Source of the DNA: Trichomonas gallinae
Taxonomy: Eukaryota
Assembly (NCBI GenBank): GCA_008369845.1
Contig: MRSU01001328.1
Span: 1-64,000 of the forward strand
DNA length: 64,000 bases
Direction of reading: 5' to 3'
Positions 10,875 to 21,457 of the stretch are shown one piece after another; the stretch's first letter is position 1; each line of letters begins with the position of its first letter. The notes below the pieces were generated by a model, which saw nothing but the letters and a program-made list of their open reading frames with translations, had not been told where the DNA came from and made no database searches. The position numbers and the translations under genes were made by a program.

Positions 10875-11747
10875 TCAATCAAAATTGAAATCATCTGTTC
10901 CTTCGACTTCATCTTTCTTCGATTTCTCGATAACAGCATTTGCAGCTTCAACAGCAACATCCTTGATCTTCCTCTTAGGTTCATCATCACCCTTATCTTC
11001 GACATCTTCGAATTCGGAATCATTACCTGATATTTCACCCGAATTTTCTGGTAACTTAGGCTGTGCAAGAGGCACACCGTTAAGTAATTTCTCTTTATTC
11101 TTCTGATAATCTTCAATTAAAACTTGTGGCTCAACGCCGTTAATTTTAGAGAACATTTCGATATTAATGGACTTAGGAGTAGCGAGTGCTTCGAGGAAAG
11201 CTGGTGTTGCATGCTTTTCTTCTGTGTGGAACTTATTGACAATCATTTTTCTTGAACGGTCTGGGAAAAACTTTGAAATCATAGAGAAGTCAGTGCCGCA
11301 CATTGCGAGAACCTCGTAAAATTTCTGTGTTTCTTCTGCTTTCCATCTGGCAGCTCTTTTCTTTTGCTTTGTGCCAAATCTCGCTGGTGGCTCCTCGTGG
11401 AATTCCACGCGGTTTCTGTGAGTTTGAAGTTCGATACCATTAGCTGCAAGCTGATCTTTATCTAAGCTGAAAACGTTTTGATAATTAATATCATCAGGTT
11501 CAGCGAATTCAGCATCACCTTCGATTTCATCCGATTCTTTATTTTGCTTGTTGTCTTCTGTATCATTAACTTTTGGTGCTGCTCCGAAATCTTTCGAAAG
11601 TAACAATTTTGATAATGGAATTCTATCTAAATGGCTTGTTTCACGCCTTTCGATCATATGATCTCTAGGCTGGGTACTCGAGGTCCTGCTGATAGGTCTG
11701 AAAGTTGATCCAGGACGAGAAGGTGGATGAGGCTGGGTTCCACTCAT
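10875..11747 (-). CDS. BDP1: TFIIIB B'' (Bdp1)-type SANT/Myb domain protein
   Basis: RWKAEETQKFYEVLAMCGTDFSMISKFFPDRSRKMIVNKFHTEEK matches the Bdp1 SANT signature. Confidence 0.8.
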   Translation of the reverse strand: MSGTQPHPPSRPGSTFRPISRTSSTQPRDHMIERRETSHLDRIPLSKLLLSKDFGAAPKVNDTEDNKQNKESDEIEGDAEFAEPDDINYQNVFSLDKDQLAANGIELQTHRNRVEFHEEPPARFGTKQKKRAARWKAEETQKFYEVLAMCGTDFSMISKFFPDRSRKMIVNKFHTEEKHATPAFLEALATPKSINIEMFSKINGVEPQVLIEDYQKNKEKLLNGVPLAQPKLPENSGEISGNDSEFEDVEDKGDDEPKRKIKDVAVEAANAVIEKSKKDEVEGTDDFNFD

Positions 11748-12301
11748 TCAGAAAATGGCGGGATTTTATTTTGTCATTCTGTCATGTAAATTTATATTTT
11801 TGATATTATGCCATGTAAATAATATTAAAAATCAAATCTACTTAATTTTGAGCTTGTTGATTGATATAGTAGCATCAGTATGGTATCAGTAACAACATAT
11901 TAGCAATATTTTGGATTATGATGGTAAGACTCTTGAGATTAATGAATTTAAATTTATGACACGTAAAAAATATTTTTGCCATTATGACGTGTAAATATCA
12001 ATTTTTTGTCATGTAAGAATGTAAAACAATGAGATTAATAACATTCCTTGTTTTCTCGAAATATAAAATCTTCATTATGAGTAATAAAAGTATTCATATT
12101 TAGATCAAAGAAGTAATTTTTCAAAATTTACCTAAAGAAACATCATTGAACTGTAAGATATTGAGATGGACAATGAGTAATTTATCAATCAAATAATGAT
12201 GCAGCACTACTTGATGATTAACATGATGGAAGAGTTCGCTCTGTAAATCAATTGTATGAATGTGAAGCGAACGTTTTAAAAATCTGTCAACAGAAAAATT
12301 T

Positions 12302-13303
12302 ATGTTGTTTTCTTTGCTAAGTTTTTGCTCATCATTAGTCATAGAACTCAACGCTAAGAACTGGCGCAATCTAATAGAACACAGGAACTCAACAACTGTA
12401 TGGATCGTAATGTTTAAATCTCCAACCTGCCCAGCGTGTAAAAGTGCATATCCATACTTCGAAAAGGCTTCACAGAATTGTGATGGTATGTTGCAGTATG
12501 GTATTGTCGATACAGCTCAGGACCATGAAATATCATCGAAATTAGGCATACAAACAGTACCAAGTTTTATTATTTTCCATCCAGAAGGACAAAAAATATA
12601 TGATGGACCTCGTAATGTCAGAGGATTCACTAATTCACCAGCCAAATTCATTCCTAACAAATCTATTTTAGCCGATCAAAGTTGGAATAATGGCAAAAAG
12701 AACTCGATTATCTTAGTTACTAACAAGAAACAAGTACCACCGATATGGGCAGCACTTAGCTGCTTCTTTAATAAGAATAAAAAGGGAATTCAGGTTGGAC
12801 ATATCCTAACTAATGGAAAACAGAAAATTTTCAATTTAACAGCATATCCATCTATAGTGATGTTCAGAGGTAAGGATTCCATCGTTTATTCTGGTGAAAA
12901 TGATTTCAGATCAATTCAAAAATTCATTATTCAGTACTTTGATGGAACAATTTCGAGTATTAATGACCTGTCTGCTATAAATACAATAGAGAAATTTGAT
13001 ACAATTGGAAAATTCACAAAATTATGCAAAGCTAAGAAAAACTGTGTAATTTCGATGAGTGGTGAGACAAAGAAGTATCAGGATGTCGCCAACAAATATA
13101 GGAATCAACAATTAATATTCGGTGTCGCTGCGGATGATAGCAAAGTTAAAATCGCAAGATCTGGCTTCTATATCTTCCACAGACAAAACGATATGGCTGC
13201 ATATGTAAAGAGTGTTGATTATTTAAGCAAGTCCATTGATCAAGTTCTTGAAGGTTCGATTAAATGGACTAAATTCGATATGTACAATCAAAAGGAACTA
13301 TAA
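12302..13303 (+). CDS. ER thioredoxin/PDI-family protein
   Basis: Signal peptide, thioredoxin fold with CPAC motif and GIQTVPSF, C-terminal QKEL retention-like signal. Confidence 0.85.
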   Translation: MLFSLLSFCSSLVIELNAKNWRNLIEHRNSTTVWIVMFKSPTCPACKSAYPYFEKASQNCDGMLQYGIVDTAQDHEISSKLGIQTVPSFIIFHPEGQKIYDGPRNVRGFTNSPAKFIPNKSILADQSWNNGKKNSIILVTNKKQVPPIWAALSCFFNKNKKGIQVGHILTNGKQKIFNLTAYPSIVMFRGKDSIVYSGENDFRSIQKFIIQYFDGTISSINDLSAINTIEKFDTIGKFTKLCKAKKNCVISMSGETKKYQDVANKYRNQQLIFGVAADDSKVKIARSGFYIFHRQNDMAAYVKSVDYLSKSIDQVLEGSIKWTKFDMYNQKEL

Positions 13304-13621
13304 TATCTGTCTTATACTATCTAGTACTTAGAATATACAAATTATTGTCTGAATAAAATTTTTAGATCTTGAATTGCTCCACTGTATATCACAAATTCTT
13401 AAAAACATGAAAATTTATTACTGTGAGTATAGCAATTTTGAACAGTTTATTAAATACTTAAAAAGATATAACATATTTTGTTAAATTGAATTGAGATGGT
13501 TAAAATTATGTTGGCAAAGAGGGAAATATTGATATGTATAATAATTGAAATAGAAAAATAGCAACTTTGCAAAATGATATAAAAAAAGATGATTAATTAT
13601 TTGATATCAAGTATATTTAAT

Positions 13622-14989
13622 TTAAATGTGATTGACCTCGACAAGTGGGAGCAGTGGCATGACTGGTACGCCACAGTCGTTTTCGGTGGAGATGTAGGCA
13701 AAGCCTTCTTCTCCCCAGAATGTAGACCATGAGTTCATAATTTCGTAGTGGATGACACCATTGATTGTCTTCCAGCCTGTAAGAAGGACGCCATGATCTG
13801 TCTGATCATGTACCTTGATGCCGGAGCAAACTTCTGGATTATTGAAGGAACCACCTGTGTAAGCAACAAATGGTGCTGTACCAGCCTTCATGTAGATCAT
13901 CAATGGGCCATACTGGTAAAGTGCTCTAAGAACGTTGATATCTTTATCGCTTGGATCCTGCTCGATCTGGTAGCAGCCCTTGACATGGCCAAGTGGCATA
14001 TCTGTGACTCTCTGGCATGTTCCAGAAACGCCAAGATATGGATATTGCTCTTCTGTAGAAATAGAAAGATTCAATGAAGCCATCATTCTGTAAGCATCGT
14101 ATCCTTCACCACCAGCGCAAGCAAATGACTGGGATGTCCAAACGCAGTCGATAATCTGTTGAACTGAAACTGTAAAGTTGCGATTTGGAATAGCGAGGTT
14201 AACTTGGCCAGAGATAGCCTCAGCAGCAGACTGAGCCCAGCAAGAGCCGCAGTTAGACTGATCACGGACTGGCTGAACGACACCTGGAACGTTACGCCAT
14301 GAGAAATCTTTGATACCAGAAATATCGACTGGTTCTGGTTTGTGCATGTCACAGTAAAGTGGAGCTTTAGATTTCTTTCTTGGTGCAGAAATATCTCTGC
14401 CTAAGGCGCGAGTATGGACTGTTGGGCCACCAGATGAGATATCGAAGCATCCCTTAGCTGGTGGTAAGAAGTTTGTCTCGTTCGGGAATGGGCTGAATTC
14501 TTCGATATCGAAAATATATTCTGCTGGGTGAGAATGGCGGATTGATTGACCGAATTGATGATAGCGGAGTGGAAGATTTGTCTGCTTATCAACGTAGAAA
14601 ATATATTTGTAACCTTGTTCTGTTTTCTTGATATAGCCAACAGCTTGCTTGCCAAGAACTTGATGTTCGCCGTATTCTGCCCATGTGTTTTTGTCTGTAA
14701 GGTCTGGAAGATACTCAATGAAAGAATCAGAATCTCCAGAGAAATTAGAATAGCTGCATGAATATCCGGAATGGTTTGTTTGAATTGCATATTTCTTGCC
14801 CTTCCACAAGTGAATGTTGTGCTCTAAATCGTATGAACGGTCAGATTGAGCGACACCTTCCTTTGTATCAACAACGAATGGGATACGAATTTGCCAGTAA
14901 GGAATGCTCCAAACGCCTCTGATATGATAAGACGCTGGGAATTTCGGTCTGTCCGATGCTACAAGTTGGACGAGAGCGAGGCTAAGCAT
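13622..14989 (-). CDS. Papain-family (C1A) cysteine peptidase with a 26/29-kDa-proteinase/CfaD-like N-terminal domain
   Basis: QSNCGSCWA, DHGVLLTGW and NSWSTFWGEEG show an intact triad. ATG at 14989 gives signal peptide MLSLALVQLVAS; the track start at 15031 is TTG. Confidence 0.9.
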   Translation of the reverse strand: MLSLALVQLVASDRPKFPASYHIRGVWSIPYWQIRIPFVVDTKEGVAQSDRSYDLEHNIHLWKGKKYAIQTNHSGYSCSYSNFSGDSDSFIEYLPDLTDKNTWAEYGEHQVLGKQAVGYIKKTEQGYKYIFYVDKQTNLPLRYHQFGQSIRHSHPAEYIFDIEEFSPFPNETNFLPPAKGCFDISSGGPTVHTRALGRDISAPRKKSKAPLYCDMHKPEPVDISGIKDFSWRNVPGVVQPVRDQSNCGSCWAQSAAEAISGQVNLAIPNRNFTVSVQQIIDCVWTSQSFACAGGEGYDAYRMMASLNLSISTEEQYPYLGVSGTCQRVTDMPLGHVKGCYQIEQDPSDKDINVLRALYQYGPLMIYMKAGTAPFVAYTGGSFNNPEVCSGIKVHDQTDHGVLLTGWKTINGVIHYEIMNSWSTFWGEEGFAYISTENDCGVPVMPLLPLVEVNHI

Positions 14990-14994
14990 TGTGT

Positions 14995-15018
14995 AGAGCG
15001 GTTGAGGGAAACCGCTCT
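14995..15018. promoter_or_regulatory. Perfect 9-bp inverted repeat of two M3-like (RCSGTT, Myb-type) sites
   Basis: AGAGCGGTT-gaggga-AACCGCTCT, 5 nt upstream of the peptidase ATG. Confidence 0.6.
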
Positions 15019-15816
15019 TTTGAAAAAACAAAATCAGATTTTATTACTATTTTTGGTATATTTATCATACAGCAAACCTATTTTTATCATTATTTTTGTG
15101 TTTTTAATCAGAATTCAACCAAATCAAGGTTTATTTCTAAATTTACTATGATATTATTATATTATATCTGATATTGAATCGAAATATAAAAAATATACTT
15201 TAAAAAGACATCTTTTCCAAAATGGAAAAATAAATTTCGATTTCATTTCAATTTCTAAAATCATCATATAATTCTATTAAAATATTTCTGGTTATTTTTG
15301 TATTTTTGTAAATAATTCGAGAAAAATTAGGCTGATATTGAGATTTGATTTAATATTATGTATTGCTGTCATGTGGGGAGTTATGATCAATGAATTATCC
15401 TTGAAAAAGAGAGCATTGCCAAATTTGAAAAATTGATTTTGAGTTTTTTAGCACCCGTTCGTGAAATAGATTTAAATGGAAGTCATTTCAAAAAATAAAA
15501 ACTTGAAAATAAGAGATCCATTACTATCAGATTCATCAATTATTTTTGTGATTTTTTTAACCTTTTGTTGAGTTTCATTATGAAAAACGCAATAAAATGG
15601 AAAAATAACTAATGAAATGGAAATAATAAATGGCGGGTATTATAGTTCATCGATTAAATCATTTCCTTTTCCAATTGCAAAATTGTTATGCCGCAGAATT
15701 GATTCGATTTTTGAATTTTCATCTGTGCTTTTCGTCATAGATTGCAAACGCTAAATTATTTCTAACCGAAAATTTTGTTTACACTAATTTTCAAAATAAA
15801 ACATTTTTTTTTGTGA

Positions 15817-18800
15817 ATGGAAGATCCATTTGAGCGTATATCTTTGTTTAGTTACGACTCCAACTTAATATACAGCTTCAAATGGAAAATATTACTGCTT
15901 GGATCAATCCTAAAATCAACAACAACAAATCGATGGCTTAGAATTGTTGGAACAGTGTCTATCATTTTCAATGTGATATCGTATTCATTACCACCGATGT
16001 ATTTCATTTCATATTATTCTTCAAAACCATACAGATTACAGAATAATACTCTCGATATTTTTGAAAGTGGAACTTTTCTAGCTTTTATTACTGAAAGCCT
16101 ATTTACAAAGACATCGCTTCTCGTTTTCTGCTTCATGTTCTACTTAGCAAACGATATTTTCATTGTTCGAGCATTTAATCATCCGGAAATTGTTAAAAAA
16201 CTTAACTATTTAACAACACCAAACTTTCACTCGATGCTTATGCCATGGAATGCAGGCATTATGGTTCATTGTGTAAATATCATCTTAAATCCACCAGAAA
16301 ATGCACTACCACACATATTTTTGTGTATAATAACATTCCTGACATTCATTCCATACTTCATTTTTCAACTTCTCCTTGTTGTAATTTTCGGATCAACGAT
16401 TATCTTACCAAATCCACAGTATACACAATGGTTTGACAGCGGATCTCTCAAGATTGTGTTGTATTACTTCTTCACAGCCATTGGATTCTTCGCTTTACCG
16501 AAATTTAATGAAACAATACAATATACTATATTAGGAATCATCATTGTTCTTTCATTATATTTCACATTTTTCCAGCTGAAATCTTTACCTGCAATTTCCA
16601 AACTAGGAAATGAATTTGGTGTGATGAAATTAATTCTTAATTTGGCATTTTCTGTTATCTGTCTTATAATGATACGTGGATATTTATCACATATCAACAT
16701 CATTGCTGGTTTGATGCCAGTTGGCTACGTAATTTGTTTCATGATCTCATATCTCGCATGTTATCTTAGAACTAAGTTCTACATAGGAATAATTGAATCA
16801 TTGGAAACAGTTCACTACCCATCATTCGAATATTTCGAATCCATTCTCAAACACATAAGAACTGAGTTCGATTTCAGAATTCTCATCAAACTTGGCATAG
16901 GATTCAATTCTTCTCTCTTCATCAAGCAGGAGTTTTTAGGATACGTGATGTCCAGATTCCCAAACAGCGAGTGGATGTTGAGATACGCAATCTATTTGTA
17001 TTCGAGCGTCTGGGGGGTAGATAACACCACGTACAAATATTTCTTGCATTTGTTATCTGTAGAAAAGCTTGAATTCACAACACAGCTGATGCTATTTGAG
17101 GCCGTCTACTGCTACATGCAAACGTCAGAAGAAAGCTCCCCGCTAATCAAAAATGACATGAAAATGATCATTGAAATTATCTCTCAATTCGGTTTAGCGT
17201 CAAAAATCTTGTGGAGTCATGCGCCAAAATCCGCTGATACTCTTTATAACGACTTGAAATCAGTCAATGAGGTCTTACAGCTGGCTTCGAAGCACATCAA
17301 GAAGATGTCCACGCTATATCAGTTCAATCACAACGTTTATTTCGCGAAAAGCATATATTACGCTGACCTGAAGAAGAATTTCAGGAAGGCGAATGACGCA
17401 TATATGGAAGGTTTACAATTATTCAACGAGAAGCAGAAATACGTCACTTCAACTTTGAATTTCAACCAAAGACCTTACTTCTCTGTTCCAATCAACAAAG
17501 ACTTGATAATGAAACCTCAGCAGTCATCAAATGTTTTGACGTTTTTGTCTGTAAGAGATCACAGCGGAGATTTAGTCAAGAGGAGACCAAATATCGATTT
17601 CAAGAGTCCATACATGAATTTGTACGCAAACATCTGCACAGCTGAAAGAAATCAATTGCTGCCAAACACTCCGCTGATAACAAACTGGTTCCAAATATTC
17701 AAAGTCTTCCAGATAATTACTGCAATTATGTTCATCTCATTTTTGGTTTTCGATCACGCGATGTTTAAGCGAACATGGATTTTGGCAGATGAATACAGAT
17801 TTGCTTACGAGTCTATCTATGAATTCAGGATCTTTATCGATTCCACAGAGAAACTTACATACAACTACTACGTTTTACAGCAAGCGAGACAAGAAAACAA
17901 TTTCAGGTTGTGTCCGTTTATCATTGAACATTTTCGACTTTTACAGAAGAACTTCACGAGAATTATTTACACAGTTGACAGACTGAAAGACTTCGTAAAC
18001 ACAACAGACATAGAGATAAACGGATACACATTCATGAAATGCTACCAAGAGTTCAGACAGTTGATACATTCAGCTTTCACAAATTACAACAATACTTATG
18101 AATATTCGACAGAACAGTTGATCGAGTTGAGGACGAATCTAATTAATTTATCAATGTCGATATTCCAAAGGATACATGATAGAATTGAGTACGGCACATA
18201 TTTCGTGTTTATTGAGCACATTTATCACCAGAAAATACAGTTTTGCGTAGTTTGTCTTATTTCTTTGATTTTGTTCTGCGTCATGAGGTGGATTTTCTAC
18301 AAACTGAAGAACGACATGTTCTTAGTCTTTAGCACATTACAGTATCCAGTCAGAAAGATGCTGGAGAAGCAGTTCGACACTATTCTGTCGTCCAAAGATC
18401 CAGCATTAGCTCCTCCAAAGCCACAAAGTATCTTGATGCTTTTCTTATCACTTTTATTATCATTGTCTTTCATTTTGCTGCCAATTACTTTATCAATAAG
18501 GAGACTGAACATCGCCAAGAACACAATCAAACCTCAAGAGCTCCCTCAAGACCCTCTCAACATCACCATCCCATTCATGGCCTATTACGAACACATGCTG
18601 TTGGAGAGCAGACTCTGCAACAACATGATGGACAAATGCCCCCACGATCATGACGTCAGATGTGTTCACCACTTTTTCGAGCGCTCGAATGTTCATCCTA
18701 TGCAGGCTATTGTCAGAGAATGCAGTGATGACTCGTGGTCACGCATTTTGAATTTAGTAATGTCATATATTGCAGCATACACATTCTTAGTTTTCATGTT

Positions 18801-19764
18801 GAGACTCCAGAAACTCATGAGAACATTCTGGGAGTCATCTCACCTCCTCTTCGCAATCCCAGTTCACATCGGTCGCTCAAACTATATCTTCACTAAACTG
18901 ATAACAGGTGACAAGATCGATTCTCACGATGTTAAAGAGTACGTGAAAGAATTGTGGAACGACTCTGCATCATATGATTTGTTCGGAGTTATCAGGTTCA
19001 ACAACAACGGAGAAGTAACAGAACACATCGGATGCGCGTCGAGAATACTAGGTACTACACCTAAATCAGTCGCTGAGCTGAGCGACACGCTTCTAAAATG
19101 CGGCGTTTCGCAATCTGCCCTCGAGCACTTTTTCGATGACAGAAGTCCGTCAAATGTTATCTATGGACGCGGTGCTTCACCTTTCATGGCTTATTTCTCG
19201 ACACAAAACGAGTTCTTCATGAAAGATGAGAGTGGTGACATCATTTCTTCTAGGACAGACATAATCAACTCATTGAGGGAAAACTCTAAGATTGTCAGAC
19301 CGTCAGCTATTGATGACTGCGTAGTTTTGTTCTTCAAAGGATTGAACAAAATCGACTACGACAGGGTTATGTCATACGCATCGAGTCTATCTGAGTTCAT
19401 GTTCTTGGCTGATGGAAGATTCTCGTCATTGGTCTTCTGCATGAATGGAGCTGACAAAAATAATTGTCTAAAAGCTTTCGAGTTTGCAAAAACAGCTTAC
19501 TCGAAATGTTCTACAGGCAGAGCTTCTGTGAATTGCGGAGGAACAGTTAACATACTACAACCGAACAGGCAGATGATAGAGAAGTCGAGGGTAATTGGAA
19601 GAGCGTTCAGAGACGCAGAGTACTGCTGCAATTGCGCAGAATTGGCTGACAACAAAATTTATTTCAGCCAAGATTTCTTGAAGAAATGCGATGTTGAAGT
19701 TGATGAGTCTAAACTCATCGATGTTAACATTAGAGATGACCACTTTAATGTTGCCGTGATTTAA
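15817..19764 (+). CDS. Large multi-pass membrane protein; architecture resembles trichomonad transmembrane adenylyl cyclases, with a degenerate C-terminal domain
   Basis: About 8 N-terminal hydrophobic helices, further helix pairs in the middle, and C-terminal VIGRAFRDA...IYFS reminiscent of a class III cyclase end. The CDS is certain; the function is tentative. Confidence 0.6.
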   Translation: MEDPFERISLFSYDSNLIYSFKWKILLLGSILKSTTTNRWLRIVGTVSIIFNVISYSLPPMYFISYYSSKPYRLQNNTLDIFESGTFLAFITESLFTKTSLLVFCFMFYLANDIFIVRAFNHPEIVKKLNYLTTPNFHSMLMPWNAGIMVHCVNIILNPPENALPHIFLCIITFLTFIPYFIFQLLLVVIFGSTIILPNPQYTQWFDSGSLKIVLYYFFTAIGFFALPKFNETIQYTILGIIIVLSLYFTFFQLKSLPAISKLGNEFGVMKLILNLAFSVICLIMIRGYLSHINIIAGLMPVGYVICFMISYLACYLRTKFYIGIIESLETVHYPSFEYFESILKHIRTEFDFRILIKLGIGFNSSLFIKQEFLGYVMSRFPNSEWMLRYAIYLYSSVWGVDNTTYKYFLHLLSVEKLEFTTQLMLFEAVYCYMQTSEESSPLIKNDMKMIIEIISQFGLASKILWSHAPKSADTLYNDLKSVNEVLQLASKHIKKMSTLYQFNHNVYFAKSIYYADLKKNFRKANDAYMEGLQLFNEKQKYVTSTLNFNQRPYFSVPINKDLIMKPQQSSNVLTFLSVRDHSGDLVKRRPNIDFKSPYMNLYANICTAERNQLLPNTPLITNWFQIFKVFQIITAIMFISFLVFDHAMFKRTWILADEYRFAYESIYEFRIFIDSTEKLTYNYYVLQQARQENNFRLCPFIIEHFRLLQKNFTRIIYTVDRLKDFVNTTDIEINGYTFMKCYQEFRQLIHSAFTNYNNTYEYSTEQLIELRTNLINLSMSIFQRIHDRIEYGTYFVFIEHIYHQKIQFCVVCLISLILFCVMRWIFYKLKNDMFLVFSTLQYPVRKMLEKQFDTILSSKDPALAPPKPQSILMLFLSLLLSLSFILLPITLSIRRLNIAKNTIKPQELPQDPLNITIPFMAYYEHMLLESRLCNNMMDKCPHDHDVRCVHHFFERSNVHPMQAIVRECSDDSWSRILNLVMSYIAAYTFLVFMLRLQKLMRTFWESSHLLFAIPVHIGRSNYIFTKLITGDKIDSHDVKEYVKELWNDSASYDLFGVIRFNNNGEVTEHIGCASRILGTTPKSVAELSDTLLKCGVSQSALEHFFDDRSPSNVIYGRGASPFMAYFSTQNEFFMKDESGDIISSRTDIINSLRENSKIVRPSAIDDCVVLFFKGLNKIDYDRVMSYASSLSEFMFLADGRFSSLVFCMNGADKNNCLKAFEFAKTAYSKCSTGRASVNCGGTVNILQPNRQMIEKSRVIGRAFRDAEYCCNCAELADNKIYFSQDFLKKCDVEVDESKLIDVNIRDDHFNVAVI

Positions 19765-20140
19765 TCACTTTTTATTTGTATATTTAATTTCTTATAAAAT
19801 ATAATTTATATTTGAATGTTTTGTATCTTCACATTTCATCATTTTTTCAATACACAATCTTAATTATTATTATTATTATTAAATCTTCCAAACATTTAAA
19901 TATTGATAATTTTCTAAAGTAGGAAATTAAGAGCTGTGATTAGAATATTAAGTTAAAATCTTTACAAAATTGTAAAATTCAAAATCGAAAGTCAATGAAT
20001 TATCGAATAAATTTTTGAATTATGATATTATAGTGTTTGAATGGTTTTAGAATAAATATTTATATACTAAGAGGATAGATATAATTTATTTTATTGAAAA
20101 ACAAACATCGATAGAACAATATAAAAAAAATATAATATAA

Positions 20141-21232
20141 TTAGCAGCAACAGCCAACTTCATCCTTTTCATTAAGCTCACTAAGTTGCATTGTGCTTTG
20201 CTCTCTGTAGTCTTTTCTTCCATTTAGAAGAGGTTGCTTCAATCCTGCAATTCCAAGCAAAGCAGCAGGCGGGAGTCCAAGTTCTGTCATGTATGTTGTT
20301 GGATCCTTGCCCTCATCATTAAATTTCACACCAAAATTCCTTGCTAGCGTATCTTTATATTTTTTGACATATTCATCCCAATCGTACGGATCACTTCCTT
20401 TATAGCCACGGCTTTCGCATGCCTTGATGAGCACGGTTTCGATGGCATCATAGTCAGGATCGTCTTCGAATCTCAAGCATCCAATTAATGGCCAAACTTC
20501 GGCGAATTCTGGGCAGACGTCTTGAACTTCCTTTTTAATATTGTATTCTCTCTTCATTCTCATTACCTCTGAGTTATCATTGATGCCCTGCCACGGTAAA
20601 CTGCCCAACATAATCATTAAAGTGAAATACATCCAAGAAACTAGATCATCTCTTCTCGACAGGTCAGTGAGGACATGTGCATTCATAGATGCGTATGTTT
20701 TCGTTCCTCTGAAGCCTGTGTGTTGGCGTGGCGGTAAATGCGCGTGTGTTTTCTGATCTCTGTAGACTCTGACGAGGCCGAAATCAATAAGGCATAGTGG
20801 CAGCCCGTGCGATAGTCTGACGAGGATATTTGCCGGTTTTATGTCTCTGTGGATGAATCCGAGAGCATGAAGAGATTTGACGGCTCTCAGCACATGAACA
20901 GATGTTCTGAGTGCTGTAGAGAGCGAAAATTTGTGCCCTGGACGGTCTTTGAGGATGGCAGACAATGATGGGCCGATTAATTCTAAAGTCAGCCAATGAT
21001 AGTTGTGATAAACGCCGTGTTCGCGAATTTGTGGGAAGTATCGGACAGTTTTGATTCTTTCAAGTACTTTTGTTTCGAATTCTAGTGATTTTCTTTCGGA
21101 TATTTCAGATTCAGCTTTCATTGCGTAGACTTTTCCGTCTCTAACATCTCTAGCAGCGAAAATCTTGCCAAAACCACCCTGCCCAAGCTGTGGCCCTAAC
21201 ATATAGTGGCTCACAGTGTCGCCAGTGTTCAT
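20141..21232 (-). CDS. CK1: Casein kinase 1 family protein kinase
   Basis: LGQGGFG, AMKAE, LIGPSL, HRDIKPAN, IDFGL, FRGTKTYAS and SRRDDL. First ATG at 21232; C-terminal GCCC. Confidence 0.93.
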   Translation of the reverse strand: MNTGDTVSHYMLGPQLGQGGFGKIFAARDVRDGKVYAMKAESEISERKSLEFETKVLERIKTVRYFPQIREHGVYHNYHWLTLELIGPSLSAILKDRPGHKFSLSTALRTSVHVLRAVKSLHALGFIHRDIKPANILVRLSHGLPLCLIDFGLVRVYRDQKTHAHLPPRQHTGFRGTKTYASMNAHVLTDLSRRDDLVSWMYFTLMIMLGSLPWQGINDNSEVMRMKREYNIKKEVQDVCPEFAEVWPLIGCLRFEDDPDYDAIETVLIKACESRGYKGSDPYDWDEYVKKYKDTLARNFGVKFNDEGKDPTTYMTELGLPPAALLGIAGLKQPLLNGRKDYREQSTMQLSELNEKDEVGCCC

Positions 21233-21457
21233 TTTACTTTTTTTTTTATAAAGAGACAAAATATTTTATCGGAAGGGGCTTACACTAATAATTAGGGTCT
21301 TTACATCAAAAATATTTAGGGCTTTCCAAAATAAACCAGGGGATATAATACAAAATAAAACTGACTTAGAGAGCTCCAGTCATAATATCGAAAGTCTATT
21401 TATTCAATCAAATTCAATTCAATCATGAGATAAGTCAGTCCGTCAAAGTAAGAAATC

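Noticed and set aside
1..11747. Functional link between tRNA-Asp and the nearby Bdp1 gene
   Set aside because: About 11 kb apart with unrelated genes between; no evidence of clustering.
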